This document shows, one piece after another, positions 9,293-19,340 of a stretch of 64,000 nucleotides of DNA. Origin of the DNA: Alphaproteobacteria bacterium (GTDB lineage Bacteria; Pseudomonadota; Alphaproteobacteria; CALKHQ01); assembly GCA_965227515.1 (NCBI GenBank), contig CBDDFZ010000001.1:1120001-1184000 (forward strand), read 5' to 3'. Numbering within the stretch: position 1 is the stretch's first letter; the number at the start of each line of letters is the position of its first letter. Made by a program: the position numbers and the translations under genes. The notes under the pieces were generated by a model. That model saw nothing but the letters and a program-made list of their open reading frames with translations. It did not search any database and was not told the origin of the DNA.

Positions 9293-10112
9293 GGCCTGTT
9301 GAGATTCAGGATTCCTCTCCGTGCTTGGTTGTGATTCAAGCTTCGGATGGAACGATTCGTACTGAGTGACGCCCAATGGGCGAAGATGGAACCCCATTGC
9401 TTGGGCAAGCCGAGCGATCCGGGCCGCAGTGGCGCTGACAACCGGCGCTTTGTCGAAGCCGTGCTGTGGGTGGTGCGTACGGGCAGCCCGTGGCGTGATC
9501 TCCCGACATCTTTTGGCCCTTGGAACACGGTCTTTAAGCGATACCGCGACTGGGTCAAAGCAGACGTCTTCGTGCGGCTGTTCGAGGCCTGCTTGGACGA
9601 GCCGGACATGGAATACGCCATGGTTGATGCCACCATTGTCAAGGTGCACCGCCACGGCCAGGGCGCAAAAGGGGGACTCAAAGCCAGGCCATCGGCCGCT
9701 CCAAGGGCGGGATGACGACGAAGATCCTCGCGCTGTGTGATGCGCTTGGCAATCTGGTGCGTTTCGTGCTCCTGCCCGGCCATCGCTACGATACGGTTGG
9801 CGTGCCGCCGCTCATCGACGGACTCTCCTTCAAGGCGATGATCGCGGACAAAGCGTTCGACACCAGCGCCATCGTTGCTGACCTCAACGAGCGCGGTGCC
9901 AAGATCGTCATATCCCAGCATCCGCGCCGCGCCAGCCCGCTGCAAATCGACGCCGAGATGTACAAATGGCGTCATCTGATCGAAAACTTCTTCTGCAAAC
10001 TCAAAGAGTTCAAGCGAATCGCCATGCGTGCAGACAAAACCGACACAAGCTTCAACGCCATCATCCATCTCGCAGCAGCTGTCATAAACTCGCGATGAAT
10101 CTCAACAGGCCC
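9292..10112 (+). mobile_element. IS5-family insertion sequence (IS427-like, two-ORF type)
   Basis: 16-bp perfect terminal inverted repeats GGCCTGTTGAGATTCA (9293-9308) / TGAATCTCAACAGGCC (10096-10111); TA duplicated at 9290-9291 and 10113-10114. Confidence 0.92.
9347..10098 (+). CDS. IS5-family transposase, orfA 9347-9715 + orfB 9712-10098 joined by -1 frameshift
   Basis: LSDAQW..., WRDLP.SFGPWNTVFKRYRDW; slippery AAAAGGGGG at 9667-9675; ADKAFD, YKWRHLIENFFCKLKEFKRIAMR. Confidence 0.9.
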
Positions 10113-10168
10113 TAGAAGGCACTGTGCCAGACACGCATCGGGTGCGAAGGTTGTTGCAATTAGAGATT

Positions 10169-10344
10169 GTCGTCCTCGCCCTTGTGGCGAGGACCCATGG
10201 ACATGCAGTGCTCGTTACACGCCTGATGTAATGGGGCTTCGTTGCGTAAGGTGTGTCGACCGGCCGCCACGAACGCCGCACGTCACTATTAGTCCGTTGA
10301 AGATCTGGACAACAATGGATCCTCGGGACAAGCCCGAGGATGAC
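10169..10344. repeat. Inverted pair of REP-like palindromes
   Basis: GTCGTCCTCGCCCTTGTGGCGAGGACCCA (10169-10197) and TGGATCCTCGGGACAAGCCCGAGGATGAC (10316-10344); each is a hairpin and they are imperfect reverse complements. Confidence 0.75.
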
Positions 10345-10459
10345 GATGGTGGGATGGTGGGAAGCGCGCCGCCAACAGCCTGAGGGGCGGTGAAGATGGT
10401 TGGTTGGCGTGGCGCCGGTTTGGAAGTCGGCCAAGCAACACCGCGCGTCGGGGCTGCCG

Positions 10460-11251
10460 CTACACTAGCGATATTATCCGGCTGGGGCCGCCGGTGGCGC
10501 CCACCACCTTGGGCACGCCGACCACAATGGTGGCGCCGACCGCGGGCACGTCGCCCAGATTGGCCAGGCCCTCCGCGACCCAGCGGCCGGCCGGCAGCCA
10601 CGCGCAATGCGCGGCGAAGTCGGTCGACGGGCCGTGGTCGAGCGACAAGGTGTCGATCCCGAGGCCGACCACGTCGCGCTCCTCCAGCAGCATCCGCACC
10701 GTCTCGACGTGAACACCGGGAAAATGCATGACGCCGGCATCGTCGGCGTTGCGGTACCCAGGACCGGGCACATGGCGGTCCCAGCCTGAATTGACCGCGA
10801 GGCAGCATCCGGCCGGCAGCGCGCCGTGGGTCGCTTCCCAGGCGCGGACATCGTCGGGGGTCAGCACCGTGTCGGGGTCGTCGTCGGCGCGCGCGCTGAT
10901 GTCGATGACGGCGAGCGGCGCCACCAGGTCGTCGACCGGGATCTCCTCGACGGTGCGGCCGTCGGCGGAGAAATGGATCGGCGCGTCGATGTGGGTGCCG
11001 ATGTGCTCATGGACATGCCAGCGCTTGAAGTTGATGCCGGTGGCGGCATGGGTCATGAAGTCTTCCAGCACCAGCCACTGGTCGCCGCTGGCGGTGGGGA
11101 AGGTCTCGGTCAGCGGATGGGTCAGGTCGAGCGCACGGCTGAAGCTGCGCTGGGCGGCCGTCGCCGCGGGTGCGGGCGAAGCCCCGCCGCGCGCGCCGTC
11201 GGCCGGGCCGAGCGCGGCCGCCACATGATCCATCACCCTTGGTGAGCACAT
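10460..11251 (-). CDS. Cyclase family metal-dependent hydrolase (kynurenine formamidase-like)
   Basis: HIGTHIDAPIHF (HxGTHxDxPxH), GIDTLSLD, GATGGPSRI. Confidence 0.9.
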   Translation of the reverse strand: MCSPRVMDHVAAALGPADGARGGASPAPAATAAQRSFSRALDLTHPLTETFPTASGDQWLVLEDFMTHAATGINFKRWHVHEHIGTHIDAPIHFSADGRTVEEIPVDDLVAPLAVIDISARADDDPDTVLTPDDVRAWEATHGALPAGCCLAVNSGWDRHVPGPGYRNADDAGVMHFPGVHVETVRMLLEERDVVGLGIDTLSLDHGPSTDFAAHCAWLPAGRWVAEGLANLGDVPAVGATIVVGVPKVVGATGGPSRIISLV

Positions 11252-11322
11252 CACCGCCTCCTCGTTGCGTCTCCGGCGCCATCGACTGCTATAGTCGCAG
11301 CCCCTCTCTCCGCCCTAACGTA

Positions 11323-11434
11323 ATCAGCTTACGCTGCAATCGGCGCCAGCCCTCACCCCCACCCGGCCGCCCAACGACAGTATCCTGCTGGGTGGCCGGG
11401 TGGGGGAGAGGGCCGGTGCCGACTTGAATGATCA
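11323..11434 (+). repeat. Dispersed ~110-bp hairpin element, copy A
   Basis: 33-bp arms 11341-11373/11389-11421, loop ACGACAGTATCCTGC, flanks ATCAGCTTACGCTGCAAT and ACTTGAATGATCA. Confidence 0.9.
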
Positions 11435-11451
11435 AGATCAAGGAGCAGCAT

Positions 11452-12306
11452 ATGGCGAAAGACGGCCAGCTCGCCAATGTCGTGGATTTCTACGAGACCC
11501 ATCCGATCAGCGAGAAGCAGATCCTGGACAAGCTCGCGGCCGACGGCGTCGATACCGCCGGGCTCAGTGCCGGAGGCCTCAGCGAGGACACGCTGCAGAA
11601 CTACGACCAGGACCATTTCGGCGGGTTGCAGGCGAACGATGCGCTCGCCGCGCTCGCGGGCCTGGACGCCGACACCCACATGCTGGACGTGTGCTGCGGC
11701 CTGGGCGGCCCGGCGCGCTACTACGCCCACAATTTCGGCTGCCGGGTCACCGGCCTGGACCTGACCCAGCCTCGGCTCGAAGGCGCGCGGCGGTTGACCG
11801 AACTGACCGGCCAGTCGGACCGGATCGCCTTCCAGTACGGCAATGCGCTGGAGATGCCGTTCGATGACGCGAGCTTCGACGTCGTCATCAGCCAGGAGGC
11901 GTTCTGCCACATCCCGAGCAAGGACCGGCTGATTTCGGAATGCGTGCGCGTGCTCAAGCCCGGCGGGCGGATGGCGTTCAGCGACATCCTGGCGACGGAA
12001 GCCACAACCCGGGACACGCGCGAGCGCATGGCCAATGACATGAGCCAGTTCGAGCTGAGCACGGCCGCTGAATATATCGCCCGGTTCGAAGCCAATGGCT
12101 GCACGGTGGACTATGTCGACGACCTCGGCCCGCTGTGGCGCGAGATCCTGGTCGACCGGCTGGCGATGTATCGCGGGCTGAAGGGGCAGACGATCGAGCG
12201 CTTCGGCGTCGATCACTTCGAGAAATGGGACCGGGCGTACGCCTTCTTCGTCGCGCAGTTCGCCACCGGGGAATTGAGCGGCGGGCGTTTCCTGGCCAAA
12301 CGTTAG
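11452..12306 (+). CDS. Class I SAM-dependent methyltransferase (sarcosine/dimethylglycine N-methyltransferase-like)
   Basis: DQDHFGG, LDVCCGLGGPAR, PFDDASFDVVISQEAFCHIP, RVLKPGG. Confidence 0.85.
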   Translation: MAKDGQLANVVDFYETHPISEKQILDKLAADGVDTAGLSAGGLSEDTLQNYDQDHFGGLQANDALAALAGLDADTHMLDVCCGLGGPARYYAHNFGCRVTGLDLTQPRLEGARRLTELTGQSDRIAFQYGNALEMPFDDASFDVVISQEAFCHIPSKDRLISECVRVLKPGGRMAFSDILATEATTRDTRERMANDMSQFELSTAAEYIARFEANGCTVDYVDDLGPLWREILVDRLAMYRGLKGQTIERFGVDHFEKWDRAYAFFVAQFATGELSGGRFLAKR

Positions 12307-12326
12307 GAGACGACCGTCGCGGCGTT

Positions 12327-12360
12327 GTCTCCCGCCCGCAGTTGCATGCAGGCGGGAGAC
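12327..12360. terminator. Hairpin between convergent genes
   Basis: GTCTCCCGCC...GGCGGGAGAC inverted repeat. Confidence 0.5.
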
Positions 12361-12415
12361 CGCTGAACCGTCATCGCAGCGCTAATCGCTCAGATGCGCT
12401 CGCCAGATGCTCTCA

Positions 12416-13177
12416 TCAGATGCTCTTGGCGTATGACTTGATCACGAAGTCGTCGCCCAGTCGGTTGACGTAGTTGGACACCCAGTAGAAGCCGCCCGGA
12501 TCGCCGAGCCAGCGCCGGAAATCGGCCGACCGTTCGAAGTAGAAGATGCCGTAGTTGGGGTCGAAGAAGACCGCGTCGGCGCCGACGAAGGCCGCGATCG
12601 CATGACCACCCGCCGGCCCGTGAATGCTGATGATCTTGTACGACCACCTGGTGGCCGAGTGATCGCCGACGACCGCGCTGCCGAGTTGCCTGCCGAACCA
12701 GGATTTCACGCGGATATTGGGGCGAAACGGACCCCGGTTCATCGATGTCGACAGATGCTGGGTCGCATCGTGCATCTTCTTTTGAGGGACGACGCCGTGC
12801 CGAGCCAAAAATTCCTCGGTGAACTGGTCCTTGGCCAACTCCCTGCCTTGGGGCGTCGTATTCCCCGGCAAGGCGCCAAGCGCGTCGGCGTAGTTGATCT
12901 GGTTGATAGCCAGGCCTACGCCCTCGAACAGGCCGCCACTGCGCGACCTCCCCGAACCCATGGTCCGCGCCACGTCGGAAAAGAGCCCAGGCTTGTCATT
13001 GGCGTGGTGCGCGACCCACCCCATGCAGAGCGACTTGCACACACCTCGTGCAGCCTGCGGTATCAGCGCCATGATGGCGCCGAGGCCTTCCCCCCAACTG
13101 CCCTGATCGAAGGGTTCCAGCAAATGGCCATTGAAAAGGCCGACTGAACCGCGCACATACGCTTTCTCGCCAAACAT
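12416..13177 (-). CDS. Stand-alone YopT/AvrPphB-type (peptidase C58) cysteine protease
   Basis: GVCKSLCMGW (Cys), GGHAIAA (His), VFFDPNYGIFYF (Asp); AAGGAG RBS. Confidence 0.75.
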   Translation of the reverse strand: MFGEKAYVRGSVGLFNGHLLEPFDQGSWGEGLGAIMALIPQAARGVCKSLCMGWVAHHANDKPGLFSDVARTMGSGRSRSGGLFEGVGLAINQINYADALGALPGNTTPQGRELAKDQFTEEFLARHGVVPQKKMHDATQHLSTSMNRGPFRPNIRVKSWFGRQLGSAVVGDHSATRWSYKIISIHGPAGGHAIAAFVGADAVFFDPNYGIFYFERSADFRRWLGDPGGFYWVSNYVNRLGDDFVIKSYAKSI

Positions 13178-13515
13178 GGACTGTCTCCTTCACCCCAGAG
13201 CGTGTTCGCCAAACCAGCGATGCTCCATCCGGTGCGTTGGCCCGGTGCGTTGGGCCGGTGAGCTGTTACGGTGAGACAACACGGCGGCCCGTGGGCTTAT
13301 TCCGGGCGTTGCGGTCGCCAGGACGGGCGGGCTGTGACGGGCGTCACAACGGGCGGATTGAGAACAAGGGAAATCAAAGCGCGCTGCTTGGCGGCCAGCC
13401 TGTGCCGCGGGCAATCGAACCGCGCAATTTTGGTCATGGCCGACGGCGCATTGATACGACCAGAGCCCGATCGAGACCGGGGCGGTCGGTCACGGCCGGC
13501 GTGTCGGGTGCCGCC

Positions 13516-14178
13516 TCAGGACCGTTGCAGCAGTGTGGTCACGGTCTCGAACACCGCGTGGAACATCGGTTCGGTCAGCCGGCCGGTGTTGGTGTTGTAT
13601 CGGGAGCAGTGATAGCTGTCGATCAGGCGCAACCCGTTCGGCAGGTCGTGGACCGCGCCGTGGCCGAACTTGCAGTGCGACTTGCGCAGACCGGCGGCGG
13701 CCAGCACCGCGCCGTGGGCGCCGGTGCCGAGCGCCAGCACCGCCTCCAGGTTCGGCATCGCCGCCAATTCATCGGCCAGGAACGGGCGGCACTGCGCGAA
13801 CTCCGCGCCGACCGGCTTGTTTTCCGGCGGCACGCAGCGCACCGCGTTGGTCAGCCGGCAGCCGACCAGTTCCAGGCCGTCATCGGGCGACTTGGCGTAA
13901 GCGCCGCGCGCCAGCCCGAACTTGACCAGGGTCGCGTAGAGAAGGTCGCCGGCATAGTCGCCGGTGAACGGCCGGCCGGTCTGGTTCGCCCCGTGCAGGC
14001 CAGGCGCCAGTCCGACGATCAGGAGCCGGCCGGTGGTCGGGCCGAAGCTGGGTACCGGCGCATTGTGATAGCTGGCCGGCAGACGCGCGCGGTTGTCGGC
14101 GCGAAAGGCCGCCAGGCGCGGGCACAACGGGCAGTCGCGCCCGGGCTGCTGCGGCCCGGAGGCATGCATTCCGGACAT
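13516..14178 (-). CDS. Uracil-DNA glycosylase (family 4/5, Fe-S type)
   Basis: CPLCPRL, GLAPGLHGANQTGRPFTGD, NAVRCVPPENKP, SYHCSRYNTNTGRLT. Confidence 0.93.
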   Translation of the reverse strand: MSGMHASGPQQPGRDCPLCPRLAAFRADNRARLPASYHNAPVPSFGPTTGRLLIVGLAPGLHGANQTGRPFTGDYAGDLLYATLVKFGLARGAYAKSPDDGLELVGCRLTNAVRCVPPENKPVGAEFAQCRPFLADELAAMPNLEAVLALGTGAHGAVLAAAGLRKSHCKFGHGAVHDLPNGLRLIDSYHCSRYNTNTGRLTEPMFHAVFETVTTLLQRS

Positions 14179-14222
14179 GGCTGACAATATATTTTATCTA
14201 GGCCCGTGGGGCAGCGCGAGGA

Positions 14223-14861
14223 TCAATCCTCGTCGTCGTATTCCTCGCCGTCCTCGTCGTCGTAGAACTCTTCTTCCTCGCCTTGCGGCTCGTCATCGCG
14301 GCCGCCACCGCCATGGTCGCGCTTGATCAGCGGCGCAAGCTGTTCCAGTTCGACGAAGTTGTCGGCCTGCCGGCGCAATTCGTCGGCCACCATCGGCGGC
14401 TGGGTGCGCACGGTGGACACGATCGACACCCGCACGCCCTTGCGCTGCACCGCCTCGACCAGCCGGCGGAAGTCGCCGTCGCCGGAACAGATCAGGATGT
14501 GGTCGACCTTCTCGGCCATTTCCATGACATCGATGGCCAGCTCGATGTCCATGTTGCCTTTGATCTTGCGCCGACCCATGGAGTCCGTGAACTCCTTCGT
14601 CGGCTTGGTGACCATCGTGTAACCGTTATAGTCGAGCCAATCCACCAGCGGCCTAATTGGCGAGTAATCCTGATCTTCAACCAGCGCGGTATAATAAAAT
14701 GCTCGAACCAGCCAGGTGCGTGTCTTGAAGAGTTCGAGCAACCGACGGTAGTCGATGTCGAAACCCAACGAGCGTGCGGCGGCATAAAGATTTGAGCCGT
14801 CAATGAACAGGGCAACGCGTTCCTGTTCGTAGAACTTCACGCCCGGAATCTGGTTTGTCAT
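14223..14861 (-). CDS. NYN domain protein (LabA/DUF88)
   Basis: ALFIDGSNLY, KGNMDIELAIDV, SGDGDFRRLV; typical position divergent from rpoZ. Confidence 0.93.
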   Translation of the reverse strand: MTNQIPGVKFYEQERVALFIDGSNLYAAARSLGFDIDYRRLLELFKTRTWLVRAFYYTALVEDQDYSPIRPLVDWLDYNGYTMVTKPTKEFTDSMGRRKIKGNMDIELAIDVMEMAEKVDHILICSGDGDFRRLVEAVQRKGVRVSIVSTVRTQPPMVADELRRQADNFVELEQLAPLIKRDHGGGGRDDEPQGEEEEFYDDEDGEEYDDED

Positions 14862-15115
14862 AGGCTGCAATTCTCACATTTTCGTGGTTGGGTGGACACT
14901 GCATCGGGCTTTTTGCCTGGATGGGATGTCACGGTCCATCAATAGGATATCCGACCTATAGCCGAGCGGGTCGCCAAGCGCAAATATCACGCCTGCGACA
15001 ATCAGGCGTCGCCAACATATACGGGCTGGCGGCGCACAGGGATCAGTCGTTATTGAATTTGCATGTTATGGTCCCTATAACTCAGGGTTTGACAACAATC
15101 CAGTGAGGGTGCCGC

Positions 15116-15490
15116 ATGGCGCGTGTCACAGTAGAGGATTGCGTAGAACGCGTCCCTAACCGTTTCGAATTGGTGAAGCTGGCCTCGCAGCGTGCGCGCG
15201 AGATCTCCGCCGGAGCGACGTTGCTGCTGGAGCGCGACGACGACAAGAACCCGGTGGTGGCGCTGCGCGAGATCGCCGAGGTCGACGGCGAGCCGTCGCG
15301 GCTGCGCGAAGCGCTGGTGCAGAGCCTGCAGCGGCAGGTGGATGTGGACGAGCCCGAGGACGACGACCTGGCGCTGCTGCCGGCCCATCAGCCGGTGCCG
15401 GATATCGACGAGCCGCAGCCGGATGTGGGCGACGCCCAGATGCCGCAGTTCCAGGATGCAGAAGAGGCGGTCGACGAAGACAACGCTTAA
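15116..15490 (+). CDS. rpoZ: RNA polymerase omega subunit
   Basis: [40 protein letters not shown]. Confidence 0.97.
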   Translation: MARVTVEDCVERVPNRFELVKLASQRAREISAGATLLLERDDDKNPVVALREIAEVDGEPSRLREALVQSLQRQVDVDEPEDDDLALLPAHQPVPDIDEPQPDVGDAQMPQFQDAEEAVDEDNA

Positions 15491-15733
15491 AGTCTCGGTC
15501 TCACCGTGGGGCGGGCCCGGCCACGGCCGGGCATCGCCACTGGTGTTGAAGCTGTTGCGCGGCCCCTGCGCCAGCCGGGGCGGTATAGTACCCGCAGCGC
15601 CGCCCATGCGCCCGACTTGCCAGGCAGCCGGTCGCGGCACGCGTCGGCCGCCGCCGCGCGGCGCTGATATCCCGATACGATCTGTCGTTTCGCCCCTCGG
15701 CCCGCGCGTTGGCCGAACGCGGGGGCGCGCCGC

Positions 15734-17890
15734 ATGATCCGGCAATACGAACTGGTGGACCGGGTGCGCGCGTACGATCCGGCGGCGGACGAGGCGGCGC
15801 TGAACCGCGCCTATGTCTTTGCCATGCAGGCCCATGGCTCCCAGGTCCGCGCCAGCGGCGACCCGTATTTCTCCCACCCGCTGGAAGTGGCGGGCATCCT
15901 GACCGACCTGAAGCTCGACAGCGCCTCCATCGTCACCGCCTTGCTGCACGATGTGGTGGAGGACACCGAGTACTCGTTGGACCAGGTCGAGGAGCGGTTC
16001 GGCGGCGAGATCGGGCGCCTGGTCGACGGCGTCACCAAGCTGTCGCGGATCGAGCTGCAGTCGGACCAGACCAAGCAGGCGGAGAACTTCCGCAAGCTGG
16101 TGCTGGCGATGTCGGAAGACATCCGCGTGTTGCTGGTCAAGCTGGCCGACCGGCTGCACAACATGCGCACCCTCCACTTCATCAAGTCGGAGGACAAGCG
16201 CCGCCGCATCGCGCGCGAGACCATGGACATCTATGTCCCGCTGGCCGAGCGCATTGGTCTCAACGATATCAAGGCCGAGATGGAGGACCTGGCGTTCGTG
16301 GAGCTGAACCCGGACGCGCGCGAATCCATTGTCACCCGGCTGGAGTTCCTGCACCGCAACGGCAACGACATGATCGACCGCGTCATCGGCGCGCTGGGCG
16401 ATCTGTTGGCCGAGGCCGATATCGACGCCGAGGTGTCGGGGCGCGAGAAATCGCCCTACTCGATCTGGCGCAAGATGCAGCACAAGAACGTCGGTTTCGA
16501 GCAGCTGGCCGACATCATGGCGTTCCGGGTGGTCACGTCCAATCTGGGCGACTGCTACCAGGCCCTGGGCGTGATCCACAGCAAGTACCGGGTCGTGCCG
16601 GGCCGCTTCAAGGACTACATCTCCACGCCGAAACCCAACGGCTACCGCTCGATCCACACCGGCGTGATCGGCCCGTTCCAGCAGCGCATCGAGCTGCAGA
16701 TCCGGACCGCCGAAATGCACGCCGTCGCAGAGCGGGGCGTGGCCGCGCACTGGCAGTACAAGCAGAGCGACGTCAAGACCGATGGCAAGCGCTATCGCTG
16801 GCTGCGCGACTTTCTGGAGATCCTGGAGCAGGCCGCCAACCCGGAGGATTTCCTCGAACACACCAAGATGGAGATGTTCACCGACCAGGTGTTCTGCTTC
16901 ACGCCGAAGGGCGACCTGATCGACCTGCCGCGCGGCGCCACGCCGGTGGACTTCGCCTATGCCGTCCACTCCGAGGTCGGCGACCATTGCACCGGCGCCA
17001 AGATCAACGGCCGTATCGTGCCGCTGCGCACGGTGCTGTCGAACGGCGACCAGGTCGAGGTGACGACCAGCCCGTCGCAGATGCCGTCGCCCACCTGGGA
17101 GCGGTTCGTCGTCACCGGCAAGGCGCGGGCCCGCATCCGCCGCTTCGTCCGCCAGCAGCGGCGCAACGAGTACATGGACCTGGGCAAGGCGATCCTGGTC
17201 AAGACCTTCCGCCAGGAGGGCCAGACCCTTGGCGAGAGCGCGCTGGAGCAGGTGCTCGGGCGGTTCCGCGTGTCCCACGTCGAGGACCTCTACGCCGCCG
17301 TCGGCGAGGGGCTGCAGTCGGCGGTGGAAGTGCTGCACGCCGTGTTCCCGCAGACGGTGCCGACCCGCAAGGTGAACGGCACCGCCACGCCGGCGGCTGA
17401 CCTGGAGCGCGAGCGCCCGCGCGAGAAGGCGACGACCACCAACGGCATTCCCATCGCCGGCCTCATCCCCGGCATGGCGTTGCATTTCGCGCGCTGCTGC
17501 CATCCGCTGCCGGGCGACCGCATCGTGGGCATCGTCACCACCGGCAAGGGCGTGACCATCCACACCGACGACTGCCCGACGCTGGACGGCATGCGCGATA
17601 CGCCGGAACGCTGGCTGGACGTCGACTGGACCGACGAGAGCGTGGGCACGGTGCCGTTCGTCGGCCGCATCCAGGTCACCGTCGACAACACCCCGGGCAG
17701 CCTGGGCACGCTGTCGAACATCATTGCCAAGAACGGCGGCAACATCTCCAATCTGAAGATCACCAACCGATCGACCGACTTCTTCGACATGCTGGTCGAC
17801 ATCGAGGTGCAGAACGCCGACCACCTGCAGGACCTGATCGCCGGGTTGCGCACCAACAAGGTGATCAACTCGGTCGACCGCGCGCGCTGA
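15734..17890 (+). CDS. spoT: Bifunctional (p)ppGpp synthetase/hydrolase (Rsh)
   Basis: [57 protein letters not shown] and ACT domains. Confidence 0.97.
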   Translation: MIRQYELVDRVRAYDPAADEAALNRAYVFAMQAHGSQVRASGDPYFSHPLEVAGILTDLKLDSASIVTALLHDVVEDTEYSLDQVEERFGGEIGRLVDGVTKLSRIELQSDQTKQAENFRKLVLAMSEDIRVLLVKLADRLHNMRTLHFIKSEDKRRRIARETMDIYVPLAERIGLNDIKAEMEDLAFVELNPDARESIVTRLEFLHRNGNDMIDRVIGALGDLLAEADIDAEVSGREKSPYSIWRKMQHKNVGFEQLADIMAFRVVTSNLGDCYQALGVIHSKYRVVPGRFKDYISTPKPNGYRSIHTGVIGPFQQRIELQIRTAEMHAVAERGVAAHWQYKQSDVKTDGKRYRWLRDFLEILEQAANPEDFLEHTKMEMFTDQVFCFTPKGDLIDLPRGATPVDFAYAVHSEVGDHCTGAKINGRIVPLRTVLSNGDQVEVTTSPSQMPSPTWERFVVTGKARARIRRFVRQQRRNEYMDLGKAILVKTFRQEGQTLGESALEQVLGRFRVSHVEDLYAAVGEGLQSAVEVLHAVFPQTVPTRKVNGTATPAADLERERPREKATTTNGIPIAGLIPGMALHFARCCHPLPGDRIVGIVTTGKGVTIHTDDCPTLDGMRDTPERWLDVDWTDESVGTVPFVGRIQVTVDNTPGSLGTLSNIIAKNGGNISNLKITNRSTDFFDMLVDIEVQNADHLQDLIAGLRTNKVINSVDRAR

Positions 17891-17912
17891 CCCTTCGGGC
17901 GACTTTGACACC

Positions 17913-18323
17913 ATGATCATCGGCATCGGCATCGACATCATCGACATTCGCCGCGTGGAGCGCACGCTGGAGCGGTTCGGCACCCGGTTCACCGAGCGCT
18001 GCTACACCGAGATCGAGCGCGCGAAGTCCGACCGCCGCATGCGCCGGGCCGACAGCTATGCCAAGCGCTATGCTGCCAAGGAAGCCTGTGCCAAGGCGCT
18101 GGGCACGGGATTGCGGCGCGGCGTCTATTGGCGCGACATGGGGGTGGTCAACCTGCCTACCGGCAAGCCGACCTTGGCGCTGACCGGTGGGGCGGCCGAC
18201 CGGCTGGGCGAGATCACGCCGGACGGTATGGTGCCGTCCATCGAGCTCACCATCACCGACGAATACCCCCTTGCGCAGGCAATGGTGATCATCTCCGCGG
18301 CACCTGGGGTCTCGCAGCCCTGA
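17913..18323 (+). CDS. acpS: Holo-ACP synthase
   Basis: [31 protein letters not shown]. Confidence 0.96.
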   Translation: MIIGIGIDIIDIRRVERTLERFGTRFTERCYTEIERAKSDRRMRRADSYAKRYAAKEACAKALGTGLRRGVYWRDMGVVNLPTGKPTLALTGGAADRLGEITPDGMVPSIELTITDEYPLAQAMVIISAAPGVSQP

Positions 18324-18527
18324 ATCGCCGTGCTCGCGGACCCGTGGATTGACAATCCGGTTGCACACGCCACCTTGCGTCTATATGTCCTGGCAGGCGG
18401 TTCACCTGCGTGTCCGGCAGCAGCGCGCACGCGTGCCAAGCACCCCGTGCCCGGAGAAACTGCCCAATGCATGCGACATGGAACAGGTGTCGGCTGGACC
18501 CGGGCCTACGGACAGGGCCCGTTAGCT

Positions 18528-19301
18528 TTGGAGCTTCCGATTAGTTCGACAACCAAGAGCAGCGGCAAGGTCAAGCGGCGGTCGGGCTTCGGCGAGACCA
18601 TCCGCACCGTGATCTATGCGGTGCTGATCGCCATGATCGTGCGGACGGTGGCGTTCGAGCCCTTCAACATCCCGACCGGATCGATGATCCCGACGCTGAT
18701 GGTGGGCGACTACCTGTTCGTCTCCAAGTACACCTATGGCTACAGCCGCCACTCGCTGCCGTGGTCGGCGCCGCTGATTCCGGACCGCATTTTCGCCAGC
18801 GACCCTGAGCGCGGCGATATCGCGGTGTTCAAGCTGCCGGCGGACACCTCGCGCGACTACATCAAGCGGATCATCGGCCTGCCGGGTGACACCATCCAGG
18901 TGACCGGCGGCATCCTACACATCAACGGCGAGCCCGTGGAGCGCGAGTTGGTGGGGCCGACCACCTATATCGACCGCCTCGGCCACCCGGTGGACGTGCT
19001 GGAGTATGTGGAGACCCTGCCGAACGGCGTGGAGCACGTGATCTTCGAGGTCAACGACAACTCCGGCTACGACAACACCCGCGCGTTCGTGGTGCCGGAG
19101 GGGCATTTCTTCGCCATGGGCGACAACCGCGACAAGTCGAAGGACAGCCGCGACTCCGGTGTCGGCTTCGTGCCGATGGAGAACCTGGTCGGCCGGGCCG
19201 AGATCATCTTCTTCTCCACCGACGGCACGGCCAGCCTTTGGGAATTCTGGAAATGGCCGTCCGCCACGCGCTGGGGCCGGATCTTCAACTCCATCGACTG
19301 A
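18528..19301 (+). CDS. lepB: Signal peptidase I (start uncertain: TTG 18528 or ATT 18540)
   Basis: EPFNIPTGSMIPTLMVGD, DYIKRIIGLPGD, MGDNRDKSKDSR. Confidence 0.95.
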   Translation: MELPISSTTKSSGKVKRRSGFGETIRTVIYAVLIAMIVRTVAFEPFNIPTGSMIPTLMVGDYLFVSKYTYGYSRHSLPWSAPLIPDRIFASDPERGDIAVFKLPADTSRDYIKRIIGLPGDTIQVTGGILHINGEPVERELVGPTTYIDRLGHPVDVLEYVETLPNGVEHVIFEVNDNSGYDNTRAFVVPEGHFFAMGDNRDKSKDSRDSGVGFVPMENLVGRAEIIFFSTDGTASLWEFWKWPSATRWGRIFNSID

Positions 19302-19340
19302 TGGTGTGCCCGGCGGCCGGATCCGCACCTGCATTCCGAC

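Noticed and set aside
6500-9655. 1051-aa minus-strand ORF
   Set aside because: Antisense shadow of polA caused by GC-rich codon bias; no motifs.
9289-10068. 259-aa ORF antisense to the transposase
   Set aside because: Common antisense open frame in IS5 elements; no independent evidence.
13229-13260. 13-bp tandem duplication upstream of the C58 gene
   Set aside because: Only ~2.5 copies; most simply a slippage event.
15050-17992. 980-aa minus-strand ORF
   Set aside because: Shadow of rpoZ-rsh.
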